Origin: Lingula anatina
Lineage: Eukaryota; Animalia; Brachiopoda
Length of the DNA: 64,000 nt
Assembly: GCA_051362555.1 (NCBI GenBank)
Contig: CM120647.1
Span: 14,236,651-14,300,650 of the forward strand
Direction of reading: 5' to 3'
The notes below the pieces were generated by a model that did no database searches, was not told where the DNA came from, and worked only from the letters and a program-made list of their open reading frames with translations. The stretch's first letter is position 1; the number at the start of each line of letters is the position of its first letter. Of this stretch, positions 13,360 to 24,249 are shown one piece after another. A program made the translations under genes and the position numbers.

Positions 13360-16300
13360 TTAAGTCCAGTTACCTCCAGGTTGCTGGTAGTTTGGATTCT
13401 GGTAGGAGGGCCCTCCGCCTGTTTGGTAAGGGGTATATGGACCTGGCTGTTGGTATCCCATAGGGGCAGTGGGTGACATGTAGTGTTGAGACTGTGGTGG
13501 GAGCTGTTGTTGCTGTTGTTGGGCGGTACTTATCATTGGATAGTAGGGCTGACCCGGTACACTGCCCGGTACATAGAGAACTTGCTGAAATGAGAAAACA
13601 CCAATACCACAGTGTACAATGTAATACATCTCTCCTTCTCTCTCTCTCTCTCTCTCTCTCTTGGGTGTGTTTGTGTCTGTTTAACTATAAAATATACTGA
13701 ATGAAAAAAAAATTGTAAAAATTTCAACTTAAATTAATGGTTTTAGAATAAAAAGGCCAAAAATACCGTTTCTTGCTGGTCTATGGGCGAGCAGCAACAG
13801 CAAACGGAGGCGGACACGATGGCTACTATCCACTCAATGAAGCCCAGCCCTCCCGCTGCCACAAAAAACACGTACTGTAAAATATTGGCTTTGGAACTGA
13901 TCTGTAAATAAATGCATGGGTATCAAAATGTTACTTTCAACTGATAATTGAACGTGAAAAACCCATGATTAAGATGCTCTGTATAATGTGGCACCCCTAC
14001 CGCCATTATATTAATTGCAACAAGGGTACCCATAGTTTTAATTTTACAATCCCATAACAACAGTGAAACCGATCTTTGTGTAAATTGGGGCTGTGAATGG
14101 TAGAGCATTGACCTATTTAACGTGATGTAATCTTATTGAACTCCCTAAAGACTAATTATTTTGATGCGGCTCCAGAGTGAGGGGTATATTTTATAGTCTA
14201 CCGGTGCCATTGTATAGGCATGCTGTCAGTGGTCAACGGAAGCCTTTACGCAGAGTCATGCATCCAAATATTGTCGAGACTATCTTTGGGGACTATGACC
14301 ACCCATTTATGTTTTAGCACGATAATGCTACTGCATGTACAGGTAATGCAACAGTAGGGTGGTCATATGCCAACCAGACTCAGCTTAACACCCAGATTGG
14401 AACGTCATTAAGAATGTACGGGATATCCACGGAAATGGATAACTGAAGGATAATCCTGCTGACAAAAATGACCCCCATACTATCTATGTACCATATGTGG
14501 AACGCCAGCATTCAGCAAACGTTGCATAACTTTTGACTCCACGCAAAGACGCGTCAGGTGCGTCAACTAGTCCAGGGGATAAAGTACAAAATACTATATA
14601 AAATGTGGCTTTGATTATTTTACTATGGTTAAGTCATTCATTGGTTGTACAATCAGTACCTTTTTGTGTAAAGAATCTTTTGATACTTTGAAATAAGAAC
14701 ACTGGATCACGGCATGATCCCTATATCACTTTATCAAGTATAGTATAGTATAGTATAGTATAGTATAGTACAGTATAGTATAGTATAGCACAGTACAGTA
14801 TAGTTAAGTATAGTATAGTATAGTAAAGTACACTATAGTATAGTACAGTACAGTACAGTTCAGTACAGTACAGTTTAGTATAGTATAGTTTAGTATAATA
14901 TTGTATAGTATAGTACAGTACAGTACAGTACAGTACAGTACAGTATAGTATAGTAAAGCGGGTTTTAGCGCTGAAATACGGTTAAATGAACGATATTTTG
15001 AAGCTCTCGACAATTTTGAAATAATGCAGATATTTGACAGACTCTGGCTATTCAATTGCTAATAAAGGTACATGTAGCACTGTCGTTTAGTGCTCATTCC
15101 CAATGAAGCTATGGGTCTACGTAAGTCGATCCAACTCCATGGGGACCCTTGCTGATTGCAGTCAGTAACAGATTAACACTCCTCCTTTTCTTTCCGACGT
15201 ACTATTATAATCACCTGCTTTTCCGCCTTCCACTCAATGTCCCCAAGGAGAGGTGTATTTACTTAACATGTGGCTAACATCTTACAGAGCATTCTGAACA
15301 TCGGACTAAGAGATCCGCCGACGAATATGGCCGACTACTTGGATACTTGTGTAATCCCCGCGGGGAATGTATTTAGTGTCTATAATCGGGAATAAAGCGG
15401 CAAGCTTTTAGTTGGTCAGCATATTTGATCTGCAGATCTGTTACAGTTAGTCTGCGCTGTTCTAAATGTGCCCTCTGCTATCAGGACTTCTAAATTAGAA
15501 AGCAAAATTAATATTTTGTAAGGGACCAGTAACGCACCCTGTGGTCGGAGTAAAAAAAACATGCTGTCACTTTGGGTCATACTTACTATGAAAAAAGGTG
15601 AAACAATCACTAACCCCATCGCAGTAGGACCGAAGATTATGGCAGTGAGGATTGAAAACGTCTGGAAAGAGTTCCGCTGAAAGAGAAGTGAAAGTGAAAG
15701 TAGTATACATAATATATCATAAATTTGCTTCAGTATAGAGACCTGTTTGTCCCGAGCGTAATATATCTCAACGATACAACTGCATTTGTATGTTTTCGGA
15801 GATATCTTCCGTCATGTCATAACGTCATAAGAGCTCGTTTCTGTAAAAGTTCTCCATACCCGAGGGTAGGTAATTAATTGCCTGTCATTAGGGTAGGGGG
15901 AGGGGAGGGGGGAGGTGAGGGCCGCATTGCAAGATAACTGTCTTACGTAAAGACCAGGCAAAAGAATGTGTTGCCGTGACCGTACCGTTGGAAACTCAAA
16001 AACTTTCTTGGAATGGATATGTTGTATTTCGCTGCAGAAAAACTAACTACTTCTGAAAACAAGCAAAAACTGACATAAACTTTATGGACTAAAACTGAAT
16101 TAAACATAAACCAATATGGTTCGGGGAAACCAGTGTCGCTGAACTGAAATGTCAGGGCGGGAGTTCAACTTTATACCTGTACGTGTGTCATGTGACACAT
16201 GAACACATCTCACTACAATACTCTGATCTACTCTCTAACTTGTAATTACTGCGCGTGTTGCAGTTACAGAATGGCAATGCCCTTATCAAAATGAAACATT

Positions 16301-17473
16301 TGCAGCTACGAGTTTACAGAATTTGCAAGTACAATTTTATTGCTGCTAGTTTGAAGCCATATTGCAGCACATTTAATCCAAATTCAAAATAAGGAATTAA
16401 TTTGCACCAATATTGCAGGAAATTTGCTGCAAATTCGCCGCGAATTTACAGTAGACCTGATATTTTGCTAAGGGCAGGCTCTCAAAACCTATCATAACAG
16501 ATGTGCTGCCTGAATAATGAGAAACAATGTTTATTGACAGGTAGACGTTTAAATTACCACTGCTTCTTAATAAGTAACGTTCATTTTGATAAGATTCGTC
16601 TCTCTCTCTCTCCTTCTACCTTTCTCTTTCTTAATCATAATTGCCTAGGCTTATTACTCGTGCGACTAATTTGCCAGCTACTCCGTAAATAAGTCAATCA
16701 AACGATAAATTAATTTATACTATAATACTCATTTATCTATTTATTAATTTATTTCTGTTATCAATCACCAGGCATCGTTTGTAACTTTGTCGATTTTTTG
16801 TGATGCAAGCTCCGAAAATACCGGTAAAGAAAAACTAAAAATTAAAAAAAGAGACAGAGATTTGTATAACATTTGTTTTAGAAAGAAAAACCACTATCAA
16901 TCAACTAAACACTAGTCATTTTTTTTCTGGGCATCAAACTTCAGGACATGTATCCAACAGCTAAGGAGCCGACAAGAGCAGGTACGTCACCAAATACAAG
17001 CACTATTATAAGTACGAGTTAAATGTACTAAGAAATAAATTCTTTAGAAATACATTTTGTCTTTCATAAAATCCTGGTAGATTCTTTTTCACTTGCTATG
17101 TATATCTTATACTTTTAAATTATATATTTAGTCTCGTCGGCCTATCATGTAAAGTATTGGGAGGGTATCTGGTATTATTAAAAATTAGAGAACAAAAACT
17201 TACCCAGGCACCGCACCATATCGGAGCACTGACCACGGTCAAGATGTGACCTATCTCATTATAAGTCATGTTGCGATGATAATACATGTTGGTATTGGAA
17301 GGGAGGGGGTTTTGGCCAACGGCAAAATAGTTGAGATGGAGGTCGGCCGCGCCACACCCTATTATTAGGAGTCCCAAAGCAATCTGGAATCCACCCAAAC
17401 ATTTGAGGGCACCGTAAGGAAAACGGTCTGGAGGCTGACCCGTCTGAAACAACTGGGTATGGCTTGCGTCCAT
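13360..17473 (-). CDS. MS4A/CD20-like four-TM protein, copy 3 (261 aa; premature stop in last exon)
   Basis: Exons 17204-17473, 16769-16834, 15587-15676, 13767-13901, 13360-13584. TAA at 13360-13362 replaces the GAA of the paralogues; the ancestral TGA is at 13309-13311. Confidence 0.85.
14738..14955. repeat. (TAGTA/CAGTA)n pentanucleotide tandem repeat
   Basis: Read directly; a pure (TAGTA)n homologue lies at ~58047-58135. Confidence 0.95.
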
Positions 17474-17591
17474 TGTGGATCTGAAAGAAAATGGGAGCGT
17501 ATAAATGGTGTGATGTAGCTTATTTTTCTTCCTCTTCTTTCCTTTTTTTATCTGCCACTAACTTAGAAACTGATCGTGGCTTTAATATCTC

Positions 17592-17643
<52 letters not shown>

Positions 17644-17700
17644 AATAGATATTTCTGAACAAAAATACAGGCAATACAGAAGTACAAATGATAATTCTAC

Positions 17701-17737
<37 letters not shown>

Positions 17738-17914
17738 ATAAAATAAACAACATAATAAAATGAGATTTACCATGAGAAATGACACCCACTCTCTTTTTGT
17801 CCACACCAAAATTTTACATTCAACAACTGTGTAGAAGTACTACTACTAATACACTATACGCTCAAGTTTGTTTTTTTTCCATAGAATTGCACCTACGCAT
17901 AACTCGCAACTTAA

Positions 17915-18549
17915 AGCAATAATAACTCTTCCATAGAGATTCAAAATTCCGCAAGAAATACATAGTAAATAACGCATGGGAATATATTATATTGCATTTT
18001 ACCACTAAAACGGCTGTTATTGTAGTAAAACTAAAATCTGTGCATTTCATTAGAGCTTTCGATACCTTTCTTCCCGGTCGTCAAGGTTGCCAATGACTTT
18101 GGGGTGCCACGCGGATTCTCGCGTTTATTCGAGACCAAAATAACCTATGGCGCCATAAGAAAGCAGACGCGTTATGCAATCCGTAGACGTAAGTTGCGAG
18201 TTTTTGTACAGTGCGTCGGATAACGAAAAGTCCAGAACTGCACACACTGTAGATATAAATGCACTTTGAGCAAAAAGACGAATATATCTTATGAATCTTA
18301 TATTATTGTTATATAGTGTTGCTGTTGTCTGCTTTTCCCGCGGTTTTAAGTAGGTCACCAGAAAATATCGCGCGATATCGCGTGACTGTGCAATGTAGAG
18401 GTTTTAACAAAAATCCAAACGTTTAGGAAAAAACCCTGGACCAACTTTGAATGCAGGAATGGGGTCGTTGACCATTGCTAAGTACGGGAAAATTGCCGTT
18501 TACTCCAGGAAAATCCTATTTTTGGCCAAACCGAAGAGTTATTATGGCT
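17915..18549. mobile_element. Kolobok-like non-autonomous DNA transposon in intron 1 of copy 3
   Basis: TTAA|AGCAATAATAACTCTTC...GAAGAGTTATTATGGCT|TTAA: TTAA duplication with purine-purine termini. Empty site gcaacttaaataaacg in copy 1 (~1806-1821). Confidence 0.8.
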
Positions 18550-19269
18550 TTAAATTAACGACTGAAAAAGTGCTTGAATGAAATCTAACGCCGCACTGTT
18601 TGGTTACTGTTGTTTTTATATCGAGACAGGCACAATGCGAAATCTAGGGTTCGAAAATGGGTAGCAAGCACAGGTGTGGCAAAGCGGAAGTAATTGTGGA
18701 TATCACACCTGAACTTAACGTTTAAGTCTAAATATTTTCATCGTTGTCTTTTTTTTTCTATATATTGGATATATGTTGACAATTACGGTATGAGCACTAA
18801 TGTACCCCCCTTAAAGTCGGACAAAAATGACTGTAAAGAAAGGTACGTTGCGTTGGCGAGGTGTTTCAGTTTGAGTCCGCCATTTTTTATTTATTATTTA
18901 TTATTATTATTATTTTGTTTTTGTGTGTGTATAACTGATACATATTTCAAATGCTATAACGTCAGAGTAATATACCATATATTTTGTCAATCCTACAAGG
19001 TCCGTTTTACATCCTTTGCGACAGCAAAGAGCGAGTATCACCACAAATGATTCACTCAAATGCTGTTTTGTCAAGAGTCGCCACACCAAGAATAATTTAA
19101 TTATGTGATTTTACTTGAATAAAACTAATCTAAGAAACAATAAGTGTGTAAAAAATATGACGTTTACCTAAACTCTTCTTCCCTTGATGACAGAGAAAGA
19201 GAGAGAGGGAGAGAGAGAGAGGGAGAGAAAGCAAGGGACGTATTTAGCAGATATGTCTTCTTGACTTAC

Positions 19270-19447
19270 CTGAGTGTTTTTCAAATTAGAACGTGTAGCC
19301 GGTTTTCCTGTTCGTTTAAACCGTCTTCACCGCCTAGCCAGCCAGTCGGCGCCCTATCTTCACAGAATGGTTTCAGGTAATAAGCGCCACTTAAAAACTA
19401 ATTCCCACCTATGAGCACACATGAATGTTGCGCCACTTAGTTATAAA
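19270..19447 (-). promoter_or_regulatory. Putative TATA box and non-coding exon 1 of copy 3
   Basis: TTTATAA at 19441-19447; donor CAG|gtaagt at 19270. Confidence 0.6.
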
Positions 19448-20069
19448 GCTTGTCCTCAGCCGTGTCCTCAGTATGCAGCCTCAACCGATTCATAAGACAT
19501 GACCTAAATCTTTGTTGAATCAATAACTCTCGCTTCTTTGGTAAACATGACACAAGGCAATACTGTTTAGTCTCGATGGCTTGGAGACATGATAAAAAAT
19601 GTTGTTCTCCAGATTTGTATCCACTAATCACTCAATTACATATTCCTGTTAAGAGTTACATTTATTCCGAGCTCGAAAAATGGCATTTTTTGTCATCGGG
19701 GTCAATGTTTTGCAATACTAAGCCCGCGGTATAGACTACACATAAAGCAGGGCGCACATTGTATTAAACAATTACTTTTACAGGCTAGAGAAAGAAATGC
19801 ACGTGCAGCATTCCTAAGTGCCGTCATAGGGGTAAGGGTATAATGGCAAAGTCAAATTGGAGAAAAAACTTTTGAGCTGCTGTGGTATCAGTGGCGCAAT
19901 ACCTGTGCGTACCACATTTTTTTCAGTGGGACCGACTTATGTTACAGTTATCGTTAACATTTTACATTTTATTCATTTCGTTCAATTAGGCTCCTAAAAA
20001 AGCATTGTATGTTTTTAACACTTAGGGCGTGTTAACGAAAGTTAAGAAAAACAGGAGATGAGGTGGTTT

Positions 20070-20236
20070 CAGGGCCGGATCCAGAGATATTTTCTGACAG
20101 TCTTCCAAATTATCTTTGTTGATCCATCCTCCATTTTTGACCGTCTTCCGACAGAAAAAATAGATACCCGTCAATGTTAACTCAAAAATCTGACCGTCTT
20201 CCAGAAGACCCAGAAGACGGCCTAAATCCGCCCCTG
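20070..20236. mobile_element. MITE with CAGGG(C/G)CGGAT TIRs
   Basis: CAGGGCCGGAT...ATCCGCCCCTG flanked by GGTTT on both sides; absent from paralogous promoter regions. Confidence 0.7.
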
Positions 20237-20308
20237 GGTTTGGTAAGCTTCAACTAATCCAAATAGACGGGTCCCTAGTTCAAGAAACAGCAGTCTTCAT
20301 CACTATGT

Positions 20309-20762
<454 letters not shown>

Positions 20763-20954
20763 ACACCAATTCGCTGGGTTAAAGAGGGAACATTTGCTCG
20801 AAATCTTCATAAACTCAAATTGAGAAAGATTAAATAGGGGGAAAGATTCCCTTAAAAAACGTGTCTCCAGGTATACATGTAGGCCATGTGTTTTGAAAGC
20901 GCGCGAATATATCAGGTGTGTGAATCAGGTAATATGTCACCATTGTTATGTTTC

Positions 20955-21400
20955 TATGTTTTTTATGGATTGGCACCAATCTACATCAATGAATTAGTCA
21001 GTCACTATGTTCCAATGCGAAATCTGCGGTCTGTAGACCAATTGCTACTCAGCCCAGTAAAAATGCGATTAAAAACCTACGGTGATATATCTTTTAAAGC
21101 TGCAGGTCCAAAGGAATGGAATCTATTACCGCTGGAAATCCGAGCAATTCAGTCTACCAAACATTTTAAAAAAGAACTCAAAACATACCTTTTTAGGAAA
21201 TATTTTGATTAACTCTTAATTGGTTTTATAAATCTTGTATTAATTGCATTTAATTGTATGGAATAATGGCTGTTTTACCTAGATTTTATTTATGATATTT
21301 TATGTAGTATTATTTATGATATTTTATGTAAAGTCTACTGAACATTTTAAATGGATTTTAGACTTAAAATAAATTTATTATTAATTAATTTATTTATTAT
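20955..21400 (+). mobile_element. 3' fragment of an L2/CR1-group LINE
   Basis: Frame encodes YGLAPIYINELV..PMRNLRS..KTYGDISFKAAGPKEWNLLPLEIR...FKKELKTYLF, the typical L2/Crack ORF2 C-terminus, followed by an AT-rich 3' UTR ending in AATAAA and (TTA)-like repeats. Confidence 0.8.
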
Positions 21401-21422
21401 TTCTATTTCATGAAACTCTGCA

Positions 21423-21907
21423 TGTAGCTGCACTCAGTCAAATAAAGGAAGTCTCTAACTGGTTGAATTTTATTAAATTCAAACGTAAAACTGAAAGAAA
21501 ATAAAATAAAACAAAATAAATAACAGAACAAAAATTGTAGAGAAAAATACTGAAAACAAATTTAAATACAAAATAACCTAAAAATTGATAACAAATTTAC
21601 ACGAAGTACATACGAAAGTGTAAGAGAAAGGATAGACGGAAACGTTGCAAAGACCCAAAGCCGGAGAAGTTTACGTTACTTTAGCGTTGAAATAATTTGC
21701 CTTACCCCCGACCAAGTGTGCTAATCGTTATAAAAGGATAGATGGAAACGTTGAAATACCCAAAGCCAGAGAAGTTTACGTTATCGTTGAAATAATTACC
21801 TTTTCCTGCGACTGGGTGTGCTAAAATGGTGTCGTTAGAGTACCCGTATCGTTCTGTGTAAGAAAGTGAAGTGAGCAAAAAGAAATAGAGAGGAGGCCTT
21901 ATATACG
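21423..21907 (-). mobile_element. Truncated solitary LTR of the BEL/Pao family present at 60778+
   Basis: Near-identical reverse complement of 60997-61484, including the LTR 3' terminus GCAGCTACA. Confidence 0.9.
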
Positions 21908-22239
21908 CACCTATTATTTTTTTCCAGTTTAAGATAGGTTGTTTAATGTTTAGAATTTGCATTCAGTCTCACTTACCACATTCTGCGCAATGACAGTACA
22001 TGTATATTTAGATGAAAAAATGATCTTTAGAAGAAGGAGATTATTTAAATATGAACGGGTATACACTTTATTTTCTCATTCTTATTTTCTTATTTAGTAT
22101 GTTAATCCCAGTTAGCAATATCATTACATGCAGTTCTGTTTTTTTAATTAATAATTTAATTGTTACAGTGCCAACAGTCAAAAGTTACATGTATCAGTGT
22201 ATAGTATTTACAAGTCTATGAAAGAGGCCTATGGTAGTA

Positions 22240-22708
22240 ACATAGGTAGATTGAATGAGTACTGAGTAGGATGACTTCCTTACCAGTATTAGCGTATTCA
22301 CTAATTAGCAAGTTAACTAATTATTTTTATTGATGTTAGCAGGATGCTAGCTCAACATAAGTCTTTTTTTACTCAGATTTATTTTCCATGATATACATTT
22401 TCATTTGGTGTGGCAAAAAAGAGAAATATTTTTGCAGGTGGGAACTGACAAGGACCGTCTAAATAATGTTGTAATGTTGTTCTTAAAATCTCTGTTTGGT
22501 TATTTCGTGCAGTAGAAGTATTACTACCAAATACTTACTACAATAGATCATTATGAAATACATGTCTTAAATGCTGGGAGTAGTTATAGGTGTGATAAAC
22601 CCCTAGCCAGCCTTTTATAATAAGGATCCCTGTATACAGTGTACAATGGGGTCATAGATGACCCCACTTGGTCATTTTAGTCAGTAAAATAGCTTGGTCG
22701 CTTGGGGG
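22240..22708 (-). mobile_element. Truncated inverted copy of the piggyBac-like element at 9662-10689
   Basis: Reverse-complement similarity to ~9662-10125 (gaccccacttggtcatt, ggatccctgta, gacttccttaccag). Confidence 0.75.
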
Positions 22709-22991
22709 TCAATGTGTTGATAGATAAGCATGCAGTCATTATTTAAGTAAGTTTGTCATGTAAAGAAAGTCAAAGCATGGAAGTTCAAGACATGTTTAAG
22801 TGGGCCTTATTTCTCAAGAAACAAGATAAGAATAAGACCATTTCAAATTTTATGATGTATACTTATTGTTACATTATTTTCCTTTGTTACACTTTCAAAG
22901 CTTTCAGAGCGCGTTTAACTAAGGCCAAGGATCATTCAAATGGTCCTTCCCCCATGCACGGTTCCCTTATCCCTTATCCCCTGCAATTGGA

Positions 22992-23277
22992 TTACTCTAT
23001 TTTTCCATAAAGATCTCCCCCGTCTTCTTACTGTTACCTGTGAGGAAAGACACGTGGTTTATTACCATTTCACTCCTACCTATGCCACCATTGCTGTAGC
23101 TAAGTCAGAGAAAATCTCTGGGGAAAGCGGAGTGTGGGAAATCTTGAGGAAACTCTTTACCAACAAGAATTCCATCTCCGTTTGCAACCACCAGCCCAAA
23201 GAACGTAATAGCCCATTTAAATTCCATGTCTAGGTATTGGTTATTAACCATTTTTGCTTGGATATCCGTCTTAGCTG
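22992..23277 (-). pseudogene. Decayed partial duplicate of the SCP-like EF-hand gene
   Basis: Translates KTDIQAKMVNNQYLDMEFKWAITFFGLVVANGDGILVGKE (vs KAEITAKMVEEHNLDIEDKWALTFFELVDANGDDTLDAKE), then frameshifts, ending GGDLYGKIE* (vs GAYFYGKVV*). EF-loop Asp residues are lost. Confidence 0.8.
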
Positions 23278-23697
23278 AGATAAAAGTTTTGGTTCAGACA
23301 ATGACAAATTAACAGTGTGCTTAACTCCGTCACGTGTTGGACGTCAAAGCACGGGTACTGTGCATGTATGTCAGACATTGAGCTGGAGAAGAAAACAAAC
23401 CTTGACACAGGCTAACAAGAAGATCAATTTAACATGTATCAAAATGAGGTTTTAATGTAAATTGCAAATATTAAATATCTAGCCGTAGTTTTTAATATCA
23501 TTTTTTTTATAAATGAAAATTTCTTACATTTTATCTTAAACAGCTTAACTATGCAAAGTTCTAGTGTAATTTTAGGCTGATTCGACATTTATTTCAGCTT
23601 GATAATAAAACAAAATAAAATTATTCTGGTTATATCTGTTGTTCGACTCTTGACCTCGTAAGTGTACACTTATTGAGACAGTATGAGAGCCATTGAA

Positions 23698-24249
23698 TTA
23701 GACTACTTTCCCGTAGAAATATGCCCCTTCCATGGTGTCACCTGCATCGAACAGCAAATGCTTTATAACCATTTCATATTTGCTAATAGCACCATTTTTG
23801 TCGGAATCCATTTCAGAGAAAATTTCTGCAGAAAATTTAGCGTGGAAAATCTTGAGAAAATTGTCATACTCTTTTGCATCAAGAGTGTCATCCCCGTTTG
23901 CATCCACCAGCTCAAAGAACGTAAGAGCCCATTTGTCTTCGATGTCCAGATTATGTTCCTCAACCATTTTTGCAGTAATTTCGGCTTTGTTTTTGATCAT
24001 GTCGTTTGCGGTAATGCTTTCTAAGTTATCGTCATTCATAATCTCTTTCCACCACTTGTCCCATACGGTCTGCAAATAAGCTCTCATTTTCTCTTCCTTC
24101 TCGGCAGACTTCGTTATTACTCGTACTCTTGCTGCCATCATATTTACAAACTCGTTTTTATCCAGCTTTCCATCTCCGTTTATGTCCAAGTTGGCTATGA
24201 CAAATCTCCATTTGGCAGTCCAAATATCACTTGGTGTCTCTTCTTGTAC
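23698..24249 (-). CDS. Sarcoplasmic calcium-binding protein (SCP)-like EF-hand protein, main coding exon
   Basis: Three canonical EF loops (DINGDGKLDKNE, DANGDDTLDAKE, DSDKNGAISKYE), degenerate EF2, SDIWxxK N-terminus and FYGxxV C-terminus as in invertebrate SCPs. Acceptor ttacag| at 24250; the ATG-bearing upstream exon was not identified. Confidence 0.85.
   Translation of the reverse strand, partial: VQEETPSDIWTAKWRFVIANLDINGDGKLDKNEFVNMMAARVRVITKSAEKEEKMRAYLQTVWDKWWKEIMNDDNLESITANDMIKNKAEITAKMVEEHNLDIEDKWALTFFELVDANGDDTLDAKEYDNFLKIFHAKFSAEIFSEMDSDKNGAISKYEMVIKHLLFDAGDTMEGAYFYGKVV

Larger units (their letters stand above)
11600..17490. repeat. Recent segmental duplication, partner of ~54940-60745
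   Basis: Long near-identical stretches including introns (e.g. 15080-16540 vs 58338-59798) and the shared (TAGTA)n tract. Confidence 0.85.
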
